Shown here one piece after another: positions 36,992-45,855 of a stretch of 64,000 nucleotides of DNA. Every line of letters starts with the position of its first letter. Position 1 is the first letter of the stretch. The DNA comes from Candidatus Babeliales bacterium (lineage in GTDB: Bacteria; Babelota; Babeliae; Babelales; JANWKD01). Below the pieces are notes generated by a model, which was not told the DNA's origin, made no database searches, and saw only the letters and a list, made by a program, of their open reading frames with translations. The position numbers and the translations under genes were made by a program. The DNA lies in the NCBI GenBank assembly GCA_963701665.1, contig OY969622.1, positions 672,001 to 736,000 of the forward strand. Reading direction: 5' to 3'.

Positions 36992-39925
36992 ATGGCTGAA
37001 AAAAACACTGAGCAAGAAACGGGTGCCGTAAATTTTAAAGATACCTTAAATTTGCCTCGCACTGATTTTCCTATTCGTCCTGATGCCAAGCATGATGATA
37101 AAGCATTGCTTGAGCGTTGGGAACGAGAAAATCTTTTTTTTAAATCATTTATGCAGAACGAGGGAGCACAAAAATTTATTCTCCATGATGGTCCCCCCTA
37201 TGCCAATGGCAATATTCATTTAGGGACCGCCTATAATAAAATTATCAAAGATATTATTGGCAAATCGCAGCGCATGAAAGGTATGCACGCACCAATTACG
37301 CCTGGATGGGATTGCCATGGATTGCCGATCGAATTAAAAGTTACTAAAGAATTTTCTGAGTTGAAAGCGCAAGATTTAAAAAAAGCATGTCGTGAGTACG
37401 CAAAAAAATGGATTGATATACAAAAGGCTCAATTTAAAGGGCTTGGCGTTCTCATGGATTGGGATCGGCCGTATTTGACCATGAATTATGGCTACGAAGC
37501 ATCAGTGTTACGAGCTTTTGCAGATCTTGTGCAAAAGGGATATATCGAAAAAAAGAAAAAAACCGTGGCTTGGTGTTTTAATGATCAAACAGTACTTGCA
37601 TCTGCTGAAATTGATTATAAAGAACGTAAGGATCCTTCAATCTATGTTGCTTTTCGGCTTGCCTCGGATGCTGTTGCGCAATTAGTGCCATCGCTTAAAA
37701 ATAAACCAGTCAACCTACTAGTGTGGACAACAACACCATGGACATTGCCGCTCAATCGTGCGGTGCTTGTCAAACCAGAAACAGAATATAGCGTATTAGA
37801 AATCAATGATCACTATTATTGTGTTGCTTGCGCGCGCGCTGAAGCTGTATGCACGCTTTTGAATGTCCCTAAAAAAGTTGTGGCGACTATTAATTCCGCG
37901 GATTTTGTTAATGCGCGCGTGCATCATCCATTTATTGATGATTTGATGGTGCCTGTGTTGCTTGATAATTCTGTTTCAACGGACGATGGTACAGCCGTAG
38001 TGCATTGTGCGCCAGGGTGTGGGCCCATCGATTATGATGTTGCGCTTAAAAATAACCTTGAAATATTTTCACCAATTAGCCCTGATGGCAAATACACGCT
38101 TGGCATTGAACCGGCTGAATTAGTTGGTATGCCGGTAATGGACGGGCAAATTTGGGTGCTCAAAAAATTGACCGAAAAAAATGCACTCGTTTATAAAACC
38201 TCAATTCGGCACTCGTATCCTCATTGTTGGCGATGTGGCGAGGGGCTCATCTTCCGCGCGACTAACCAGTGGTTTTGTGATTTAGAACATGACAATTTAA
38301 AAGAACGCTCGCTCGATGCGATTGAAAAAATTACGTTCTTACCACCAAAAGCAATTAACTATTTAAAAGCAACGGTTGGCGGGCGTTTGGAATGGTGCCT
38401 TTCTCGCCAGCGCGTGTGGGGTGTGCCAATTCCCGCGTTATTGTGCAAACATTGTGATTATGTATATACAAATGTTGATTTGATACGCGCGGTTGCTGAT
38501 GGTGTTGAGCAACATGGCATTGAATATTGGGATACCGTTTCGCTCCATGACCTTGGTCATAAGCTTGATCATTGTCCGAACTGTAGCTCGCCAGATATAG
38601 TTAAAGAAAAAGATATTCTTGATGTGTGGTTTGATTCGGGTGTAAGCCATTATGCGGTGCTTGAACAAAATCCCCATTTAGCATTTCCTGCCGACATGTA
38701 TTGTGAAGGGGTTGATCAACATCGTGGTTGGTTTCAAAGTTCACTATTAACCAGTATGGTTATAGAAAATAAAGCCTGCACAAAAGCATTTTTGACGCAC
38801 GGATTCATTGTTGATGAGCGTGGACAAAAGATGTCCAAATCGTTAGGCAATGTTGTACTGCCAGAAGAGATTATTGAACAACTTGGCGTTGACGGTTTGC
38901 GCTTATGGGCTTCAAGTATTGATTATGGTGGTGATATTGTGGTGTCAAAAGTTGTACTCCAGAATGTTGCGCAAGTATACCGTAAAATCCGCAACACCTG
39001 CAGATTCTTACTTTCAAACTTGTATGACTTTTCCTATGAAAATGATGCACTTTCAGTGCATGAGCTTTCAGTGCTCGATCTTTTTGCATTGCAGGAATTG
39101 CATGAAGTTAATGCCGCGATTTTAGAAAAATATGCTGTCCATGATTTTACGGCGGTGTTTCATATGCTCAATGATTATTGTTCGGTGAACTTGAGTGCTC
39201 TGTATCTTGATGTGCTTAAAGATCGCTTGTATACGGAAAAAGCCCATGGTAAAGAACGTCGCGGTGCGCAAACATTGTGTTGGTTAATTTTAGATTCAAT
39301 TACCAAGGCCATGGCGCCAATTTTGTCATTTACGGCGGAACATGTTTCAGATTTTTATCAAAAAGATAAAGAGAGCTCAATCCATTTACAAAATTTTAAT
39401 AACGTGCCATCAAGTTGGTTGTTGCTTCTAGAAGAAAGTAAAAAAGAACAATCATCATCAATTCCATTACATTATCAGCCTTTTGCACAAAAAATTCAGC
39501 AAAAAGGACATGAGCTTGAACTACTTGCCATGCGCAAAAAGCAATGGGAATTTTTGCTCTCGATTCGATCAGCGCTGTTAAAAGCTATTGAACTACAGCG
39601 AGAGAAGGGACTTATCAAACACTCGTTAGAAGCTCATTTGCGCGTTTATTGTAATTTTAGTGATGAACAAAAAGAATTATTTAATGATTTTGTGAAATTG
39701 CTTGGAAAAAAGAATCAAACGCTTGAAGCTTTCTTGAAAGAATTTCTCATTGTTTCTCAAGTTACGATAGAACAACATGATCAAGGATTGATGTCATCTG
39801 AAATGCCAGGGCTTTCAGTGCTCGTTGAACATGCAAAAGGGAAGAAATGCCCTCGCTGCTGGAACTGGGATGAACACTATGATGCTGATGGTTTGTGCCA
39901 ACGGTGCCAACGAGTATTGAAGTAA
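36992..39925 (+). CDS. ileS: Isoleucine-tRNA ligase (type 1)
   Basis: HDGPPYANG, GWDCHGLP, WCLSRQR, KMSKS, C-terminal CPRCW...CQRC. Confidence 0.98.
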   Translation: MAEKNTEQETGAVNFKDTLNLPRTDFPIRPDAKHDDKALLERWERENLFFKSFMQNEGAQKFILHDGPPYANGNIHLGTAYNKIIKDIIGKSQRMKGMHAPITPGWDCHGLPIELKVTKEFSELKAQDLKKACREYAKKWIDIQKAQFKGLGVLMDWDRPYLTMNYGYEASVLRAFADLVQKGYIEKKKKTVAWCFNDQTVLASAEIDYKERKDPSIYVAFRLASDAVAQLVPSLKNKPVNLLVWTTTPWTLPLNRAVLVKPETEYSVLEINDHYYCVACARAEAVCTLLNVPKKVVATINSADFVNARVHHPFIDDLMVPVLLDNSVSTDDGTAVVHCAPGCGPIDYDVALKNNLEIFSPISPDGKYTLGIEPAELVGMPVMDGQIWVLKKLTEKNALVYKTSIRHSYPHCWRCGEGLIFRATNQWFCDLEHDNLKERSLDAIEKITFLPPKAINYLKATVGGRLEWCLSRQRVWGVPIPALLCKHCDYVYTNVDLIRAVADGVEQHGIEYWDTVSLHDLGHKLDHCPNCSSPDIVKEKDILDVWFDSGVSHYAVLEQNPHLAFPADMYCEGVDQHRGWFQSSLLTSMVIENKACTKAFLTHGFIVDERGQKMSKSLGNVVLPEEIIEQLGVDGLRLWASSIDYGGDIVVSKVVLQNVAQVYRKIRNTCRFLLSNLYDFSYENDALSVHELSVLDLFALQELHEVNAAILEKYAVHDFTAVFHMLNDYCSVNLSALYLDVLKDRLYTEKAHGKERRGAQTLCWLILDSITKAMAPILSFTAEHVSDFYQKDKESSIHLQNFNNVPSSWLLLLEESKKEQSSSIPLHYQPFAQKIQQKGHELELLAMRKKQWEFLLSIRSALLKAIELQREKGLIKHSLEAHLRVYCNFSDEQKELFNDFVKLLGKKNQTLEAFLKEFLIVSQVTIEQHDQGLMSSEMPGLSVLVEHAKGKKCPRCWNWDEHYDADGLCQRCQRVLK

Positions 39926-39931
39926 ATTGAT

Positions 39932-40165
39932 TTACTTGTGAGTCTTGGAGCCATTCTTTTTTTGTTCTTCCAAGTAACACAATGCGCGGAAATGATTTTG
40001 TTGAAAGGTACAAACATTAGGTGGTCTTAAAGGATGTGGTTGTACATATTGTTCTGAATTTTCTTTCATTTGCTCACGTGTCGGTTCATGTTCTTCCTGC
40101 ATGCATGCAAGGAAAGATACATTACAACAAATAGTGAGTACTGCTACAGAATAAAAGAAATTCAT
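39932..40165 (-). CDS. Small exported protein
   Basis: Start 40165 after AAGGGG; MNFFYSVAVLTICCNVSFLAC-MQEE. Confidence 0.55.
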   Translation of the reverse strand: MNFFYSVAVLTICCNVSFLACMQEEHEPTREQMKENSEQYVQPHPLRPPNVCTFQQNHFRALCYLEEQKKNGSKTHK

Positions 40166-40237
40166 ATGATCCCCTTTGTAATTATTTTGGTACAAAATAC
40201 TACAAAGGGGATTTATATTGTAAGAGTATGGTATTAT

Positions 40238-42280
40238 TTAATCTTCTGCTTTTTCTGTAGGTGCTTTATACGTATCTTTGAGCTGTTTAATGGCATTAGT
40301 GCGTACTGAAATTTTCTTAGGCAACCCTGTTATTGGATCAATTTCTTTCGTTTCTTCTTCTTTCAAAGGATTAATTTGATTTAATTTTGCTGCTTCAAGA
40401 TCAGTAGAATCATTGAGATTGAGGCCAGCCTGAGTACCCGGTAAAAAGTCTCCAGTGAGCGCAAAAACAGCAACAGGATCAAGCGGTTGAATTCCAGCAT
40501 CAACTTTTGGTTGCAATTGTTTTGTTGCATCAAATTTAAGTACTGGCTCGATGAGCTCATACGCTGTTAATTCTTGAGGCTTTTCAGGATCACGTTTCTT
40601 TTTTTCAAAATCTTTAAATTCTTGTACAACTGCTTTTTTATACGCAGCAAGATCAGCTTTGTTATCTTTAAATTCTTTTTTGAAAGCATCTCTCATTATT
40701 TTATTTGGAATATCGGTAAGAATGTTTGTTATCTTAACGATTGCTGCTTTGGTATCACTAATTTTCTTTAATGCTTCTTCAGAATATGGTTTTGCTACTG
40801 GCGTTGTCATAAGCTCTTTGAACTTCCACCCAAAAAGATCTTTATTGTCAGTAATTTCACTGCTGAAATCTTTGAGCTTTCGCTTAATGATACCAACTTG
40901 TTCAGAAACTTTTGATGATAGTTCTGCTTGTGCTTTTTTGTCGCCTGCCTTGGTTGTTTCTTCCCCTTTCTTTTTTTCCTCTTCTTTTTTCTTTTTTTTG
41001 TCTTTCTTTTTCTTCTTCTTCTCTTCTTTAGCTTTTTTTTCTCCAGCAGAACCTTCGCCACCACGAGGTTTGATGCCGGCAGATGCGGGTGGTGCGAGTG
41101 GTGCATTAGCATTAAAACTTTCATAAGGTGCTGGGAAACCGAACTCTCCGCCGGGAAGCGGGGGTTCATAGCCACCGAGTGGTGGTTGAGGCGGTGGCAT
41201 AGAAAATACCATGCGACCTGGGAGCGCGCGTTTTTTAAGTGCTTCTTCTTGTGCTTTACGCGCTTCAGCTTCTAATTTTTCGCGCTCTTGTTGTGCTTTC
41301 AATGCTTCAGGGTCATGTTTTTTGAATAATTTTTTTATATCTTCAAGGATTATGCGTTCATCAGTTGCTTTTGACAAAGCATAAAGAATTTGATCAAAAA
41401 TATATCGTGATTCTTCTTGATTACGTATTTCTGCATATGAGCCATTGATAAGCGTAAATTTATTTTTTGCTTCGCTAAGTGCTTTATCAATTTCGTCTTT
41501 GGTTTTTCCTTGCCGAATAAGCTTGACTTCAAGTAATTGTGGATTGGTGTCTGCAACGAGTTTTTGATACGATGTTACAATTTCATCTTGTGTAGCAGTG
41601 CGTGCAACATTGAGAACTTCGTAAGGATTTTTCCCTTCGAGACTGAATTCTTCAATGGTCAGCTGAGGTTCAAGAGAGCTTAAGCTTGTATGTAATTCTT
41701 TCAGATTCGTTAATAATGGCTCAAATTCTTTATCTGAAAGAAATTTTATGAGCTTTTCACTCGTGAGCAAGTTTAAATAATAAACTAAATCATCTAAACG
41801 ATATTTAAAGGGGATGAGATCGTTAGAAAAATCTTTATTATTTGCAGCCTTTTGGCGAATATCACCAATTAAACGAATAAGATCTTTTAACATTTGAACA
41901 TGAGAAAGATCAACAACAGGGGCTTTTTTTTCTGGTTCGGCTGGTTTTGTAGGTGCGGGTTTCTCCGGAGCTGCAGCAGCTTCTTTTTCAAAATCTTCTT
42001 GCAGCTGAGCTTGAAGTTCAATGTAGTCAAATGGGTCTATGCCAAGTTCATCGGCTTCTTTAATAATTTCTTCGCCGATAGCAGTAAGTGCATCGATGGT
42101 TTCCTGATCCAAGCTTGAGATAAAATCTTCAAACATTTTCATATCTTGTTCAGATAGTTCGGGCATGCCAGCAGGAGGTGCAGCAACAGGGGGTTTTGAA
42201 GGTCCTGCTGATGCATATATCGTACTATATGAAGCACTTATCAAAGAAAGAAAAAGAAAAATAATTGATTTGATTTTCAT
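40238..42280 (-). CDS. Exported protein with degenerate J-domain, Pro-rich and poly-Lys tracts
   Basis: Signal peptide; NPYEVLNV..TATQDEI..SY..L...NPQ...KF..IN.SY. Confidence 0.8.
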   Translation of the reverse strand: MKIKSIIFLFLSLISASYSTIYASAGPSKPPVAAPPAGMPELSEQDMKMFEDFISSLDQETIDALTAIGEEIIKEADELGIDPFDYIELQAQLQEDFEKEAAAAPEKPAPTKPAEPEKKAPVVDLSHVQMLKDLIRLIGDIRQKAANNKDFSNDLIPFKYRLDDLVYYLNLLTSEKLIKFLSDKEFEPLLTNLKELHTSLSSLEPQLTIEEFSLEGKNPYEVLNVARTATQDEIVTSYQKLVADTNPQLLEVKLIRQGKTKDEIDKALSEAKNKFTLINGSYAEIRNQEESRYIFDQILYALSKATDERIILEDIKKLFKKHDPEALKAQQEREKLEAEARKAQEEALKKRALPGRMVFSMPPPQPPLGGYEPPLPGGEFGFPAPYESFNANAPLAPPASAGIKPRGGEGSAGEKKAKEEKKKKKKDKKKKKEEEKKKGEETTKAGDKKAQAELSSKVSEQVGIIKRKLKDFSSEITDNKDLFGWKFKELMTTPVAKPYSEEALKKISDTKAAIVKITNILTDIPNKIMRDAFKKEFKDNKADLAAYKKAVVQEFKDFEKKKRDPEKPQELTAYELIEPVLKFDATKQLQPKVDAGIQPLDPVAVFALTGDFLPGTQAGLNLNDSTDLEAAKLNQINPLKEEETKEIDPITGLPKKISVRTNAIKQLKDTYKAPTEKAED

Positions 42281-42353
42281 AAAATTCTCATACTGTGTAA
42301 TGTACTATTAGTACAAAGAAAAACATGTACCTTCAGATGATGATTTTAGTGGT

Positions 42354-42752
42354 ATGGCTATGCGAAGTCAATTAAAGCGCTCATTACAAAGATCTGGTTT
42401 TATGATTATTGAATTACTAGTAACCATTTTAATTCTCTCAGTTTTTACTTTTATTATTGCTTGTTATCAGAGCATGAGCATTAGAGCAAGTTATGAAGCG
42501 ATCGAGCGATGGAAAGCGGTCAATGCCGTACATACATTTTTGGTTAAAGCATCATGCGATCGTTCATTATTAACCAAAACAACTATACAAGAAGATTCAT
42601 ACAATATTACGTGCGCTCGATTATCATTAGCACTCGAGGGGCCTGCTCAATTTACCAATGCCAAGAAACATTCTTTCTATGAGGTTGCTGCTTCATGGAA
42701 AGGATATCACAAACAATGTACGTACTCATGCGTTGCTGGAGTCATGTCATGA
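42354..42752 (+). CDS. Type IV minor pilin/pseudopilin (PilV/GspI-like)
   Basis: Prepilin motif G|FMIIE followed by a hydrophobic helix. Confidence 0.8.
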   Translation: MAMRSQLKRSLQRSGFMIIELLVTILILSVFTFIIACYQSMSIRASYEAIERWKAVNAVHTFLVKASCDRSLLTKTTIQEDSYNITCARLSLALEGPAQFTNAKKHSFYEVAASWKGYHKQCTYSCVAGVMS

Positions 42753-43279
42753 AAAGTAAGAGCGACGGTTTTTTGATGATTGAATTTTTGGTCTACTTTT
42801 TTTTGGGGACGTGTCTATCCTACTGCGTTGTTCATTTTATCGTTGCATCATCACTTCATATGTGCCGAGAACATAAAAAAATAGGGGCAATTACTGAATT
42901 GCTTACAGCACTGGATTATTGTGGCTACACGCTTGAAAATGCTCCATGCGATAAAAAACTTTGGAAAAAAATGGAGCCTAAGCTTCTCATATGGCATGAT
43001 GCGCACGATACTATTGATATTGGATTACGTTTGGCACACGATAAATTAGTACGGATTAAAGGAACCTATTCATTATTTAAAAAATCGTGGATCTCAAAAA
43101 AGAAAGCGATACTTGCTCGAAATATCAAGGATGTTGAGTTTACGTGGTATGAAGATTCTGTCGCTTCTAAAAAAAATATTCGCTATATTTCTTGTCAATT
43201 AAAAAGGGTGTTGCCTGATAAAGATGATGATTATTCAGTATGCAAATCCGTCGCATTAGAAAATAGAATTTTAGTATGA
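42749..43279 (+). CDS. Type IV minor pilin/pseudopilin (PilW/GspJ-like)
   Basis: Start ATG 42749 overlapping the previous stop; G|FLMIE. Confidence 0.75.
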   Translation: MKSKSDGFLMIEFLVYFFLGTCLSYCVVHFIVASSLHMCREHKKIGAITELLTALDYCGYTLENAPCDKKLWKKMEPKLLIWHDAHDTIDIGLRLAHDKLVRIKGTYSLFKKSWISKKKAILARNIKDVEFTWYEDSVASKKNIRYISCQLKRVLPDKDDDYSVCKSVALENRILV

Positions 43280-43737
43280 AGCTACATAATGAAGGATCGA
43301 TGTTACTGACTTTTTTTCTCGTGCTAAGCTCGTTGACCCTCGCATGTTCAATTGTATGGCTTGCTGCTACCTTATTTTTTGATGCAGCCATACAAAAACA
43401 AAATTATGAGTCGTCATACCAACAAACGGCGGGTATGCTCAAGTATGGTATTTCATTATGTACCCATAATTTTGATAACGTACGTACTTATTTAAAAAAT
43501 AACAAAGTTCTTACGTTGAGTGGGCCATTCGACACCATGAGCAAAAAAAATTACCGTGCAACAATGCGTATGACCTTGCGTGATGAACAATGCGTACTAC
43601 TCAATGCCCGTGTGCACGACCATGAAAAGACCATTTTTGAAAGTTCTTGTGAATTAATTAAGTCTGTAGAGTCGACATCGAATGATAAAGTATCAGAATA
43701 TTTTGCTATAAACGCATGGAAAAAAAACAGTTCTTGA
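43276..43737 (+). CDS. Minor pilin (PilX/GspK-like)
   Basis: G|SMLL plus hydrophobic helix, lacking Glu5 as is typical of PilX/GspK. Confidence 0.65.
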   Translation: MKLHNEGSMLLTFFLVLSSLTLACSIVWLAATLFFDAAIQKQNYESSYQQTAGMLKYGISLCTHNFDNVRTYLKNNKVLTLSGPFDTMSKKNYRATMRMTLRDEQCVLLNARVHDHEKTIFESSCELIKSVESTSNDKVSEYFAINAWKKNSS

Positions 43738-43768
43738 TGTTTGAGTAAAATGGTTTCTTCTAGGAAAA

Positions 43769-45286
43769 ATGAACGTTAAAAACAGTAGTGTCATTGCGAG
43801 CCCTCAGAGAGGGCGTGGCAACCCAGCTAATAAAATCAAATCCTATTATGGATCTATTAAAGTTCTGGATCCCCACGTCGCTTTGCTCCTCGGGAAGACA
43901 TTCCTGGGTTCTTTTCAAAGTTTCTATCGAAAGCACTTTCTCCTAATCAGTTTGAGCGTATCAGCTCTTGCGGGCGTATTACCGTATATTTTCCCTTACC
44001 TATGTGCAGAATTAGTATTTGTTTTCTTAGTACCACTCTTCATCCTCATAGGAAACTCCGTGCGTCTTGGCTTTCGGGCAGGATTTTTCTGGGGCATTTT
44101 ATTTTATAACATTTATTTTTTGGGTTTGGGCGATATCATTTTTCGGCATGGTGCCGGACCTTTACGATTATGTGCCTACAGCGCGCTCGTTTTCTACGGA
44201 GCATTTTTTTCTGCTGTATGGTTTTATGTAAGTGCAACATGTATGCGATGGCTGCACCGTACAAATTCTGAATGCAAAATTTTCTGCTGCGCGGGTATAA
44301 CAATGGGTTATATGTGGTGGCACGATCGATTATTTTTTTGGATATTCGGTCAGATGGAAGGGGATACATTACATTCTTTTGTTGTGCCGCTTGCAGCGCG
44401 TCCTGCATGGTTGCTCATAAGTTCCTATGCAACTCATCTTGGGTGTTTATTTTTGATAATATTCTTTGCCGCGTGTTTGGCATCTTTTTTTACCGCGCGC
44501 AATTCATTTTTGTCTCTAACGGGTGCCTTCGTATGTTTTATCCCTTTTGCAAGCGGGTGGCTGTTTCATGGACAAACGCGTGCAAAGCCTGGTTTTTTAG
44601 AAAAAAGCGTGTGCCTTATACCGCGCGTGGAGCATGATGACCCTTGGCAATGTCATGAGCAGATATGTGAACTTTTAGAAACGTGTGCGAAACATGCTGA
44701 TTATATAGTGCTGCCGGAATCATCATTGCCATTTATTTTATCTGAATATCAACGGTGCATTACGAGTTGGTACGATATCATACAGAATGATAATGCCTAT
44801 ATTATTATGGGTTCGCACCGAAAAGAAGATAATAATCTCTATAATTCTTTTTTTATTTTGCACCGACGTCGCATAATTCATCATTATGACAAAACTCATC
44901 TCATGTTCTTTACTGAACGAGTGCCTTCCCATTTAAAAGGTTTGAAAAACTTATTTTTAAAAAGCAAAACCCCGTTTTCTCAAGGCAAAATGACGCGCGC
45001 GCCAATTCATTTACCTGAGCTCGGAGCTCTGGTGCCGTACGTATGTTCAGAGTTATTTTTTGAGCCACTCGCCTACTGGTCGTATGGTGATCGTACTGAG
45101 CAACTTTTTTGTTTGGTGAATGATAGTTGGTTTTTCTTCTCATACGTACCTGAACTTATGTTTTTATATGCGGTAAATAAAGCTATTTTCGAGCGTAAAA
45201 CTATCCTCTATGTAAGCCATAGAAAAGGGGTGTGCATTATGCCCGATGGCACCTTGTTCCATCTGACTAGGGCAGGTTCTTCCTAG
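43769..45286 (+). CDS. lnt: Apolipoprotein N-acyltransferase with repeat-derived N-terminus
   Basis: Multiple TMs; LPES, YNS, YDKTHL..F.E, CSE (Glu-Lys-Cys triad), NDSWF. Confidence 0.88.
   Translation: MNVKNSSVIASPQRGRGNPANKIKSYYGSIKVLDPHVALLLGKTFLGSFQSFYRKHFLLISLSVSALAGVLPYIFPYLCAELVFVFLVPLFILIGNSVRLGFRAGFFWGILFYNIYFLGLGDIIFRHGAGPLRLCAYSALVFYGAFFSAVWFYVSATCMRWLHRTNSECKIFCCAGITMGYMWWHDRLFFWIFGQMEGDTLHSFVVPLAARPAWLLISSYATHLGCLFLIIFFAACLASFFTARNSFLSLTGAFVCFIPFASGWLFHGQTRAKPGFLEKSVCLIPRVEHDDPWQCHEQICELLETCAKHADYIVLPESSLPFILSEYQRCITSWYDIIQNDNAYIIMGSHRKEDNNLYNSFFILHRRRIIHHYDKTHLMFFTERVPSHLKGLKNLFLKSKTPFSQGKMTRAPIHLPELGALVPYVCSELFFEPLAYWSYGDRTEQLFCLVNDSWFFFSYVPELMFLYAVNKAIFERKTILYVSHRKGVCIMPDGTLFHLTRAGSS
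43789..43900 (+). repeat. Palindromic repeat, copy 5, in frame within lnt
   Basis: tgtcattgcgagccctcagagagggcgtggcaacccagct...ctggatccccacgtcgctttgctcctcgggaagaca. Confidence 0.92.
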
Positions 45287-45380
45287 CATTTCAGAGCCGG
45301 GAAACATATTGGTTTCCAGATGGCTACTTTTTTTGTATACTAAAGAAAAAAATAACCTCTCATACCACAAAGGTATCTTC

Positions 45381-45845
45381 ATGAAAGTATTCTTAACCAA
45401 AAACGTTGAAAAAATAGGCCTCGCTGGAGAAATTTTAAAAGTTGCTGATGGGTTTGCTCAAAACTTCCTTTTTCCCCGAAAATTAGCAGTGCAAGTTACC
45501 GCTGAAAATGAATCTTTCTATACGGCTAAAATTAAAAAAGTTGAACAAAGAAAAGAAGTCATTGCTTCTTCGACTTCGATGCTCGCTGAGAGAATCAAAT
45601 CAATCTCTATTACTATAAAAAGAAAAATACATGATGACGGCAAATTGTATGCTGCCGTTTCCCCTCAGGAAATTGTTGACGCCTTGGCATTGATTCCCGA
45701 TAAGGTTTCAATCAGAAAGAGCCAAGTAGAATTTGATAAGCCTATCAAAGCAAAAGGTACCTACGAAAATATAGTTACTATTACACTTTCTTCTACATTA
45801 AAACCAAAATTAAAACAGCTCAAAGTAGTGCCTGCACCTGAATAA
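45381..45845 (+). CDS. rplI: 50S ribosomal protein L9
   Basis: MKVFL..NVEKIG..GEI.KVADGFAQNFLFP; GKLY..V. Confidence 0.95.
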   Translation: MKVFLTKNVEKIGLAGEILKVADGFAQNFLFPRKLAVQVTAENESFYTAKIKKVEQRKEVIASSTSMLAERIKSISITIKRKIHDDGKLYAAVSPQEIVDALALIPDKVSIRKSQVEFDKPIKAKGTYENIVTITLSSTLKPKLKQLKVVPAPE

Positions 45846-45855
45846 AGTTCGCTCT

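Noticed and set aside
40807..41275. Lys/Arg-rich and Phe-rich alternative ORFs
   Set aside because: Artefacts of the poly-Lys coding tract in the 40238-42280 gene.
8531..43900. Repeat copies as a CRISPR array or integron attC cassettes
   Set aside because: Dispersed, >95 bp, no regular spacers, no cas genes; no GTTRRRY/RYYYAAC ends; the only tyrosine recombinase is a typical XerD.
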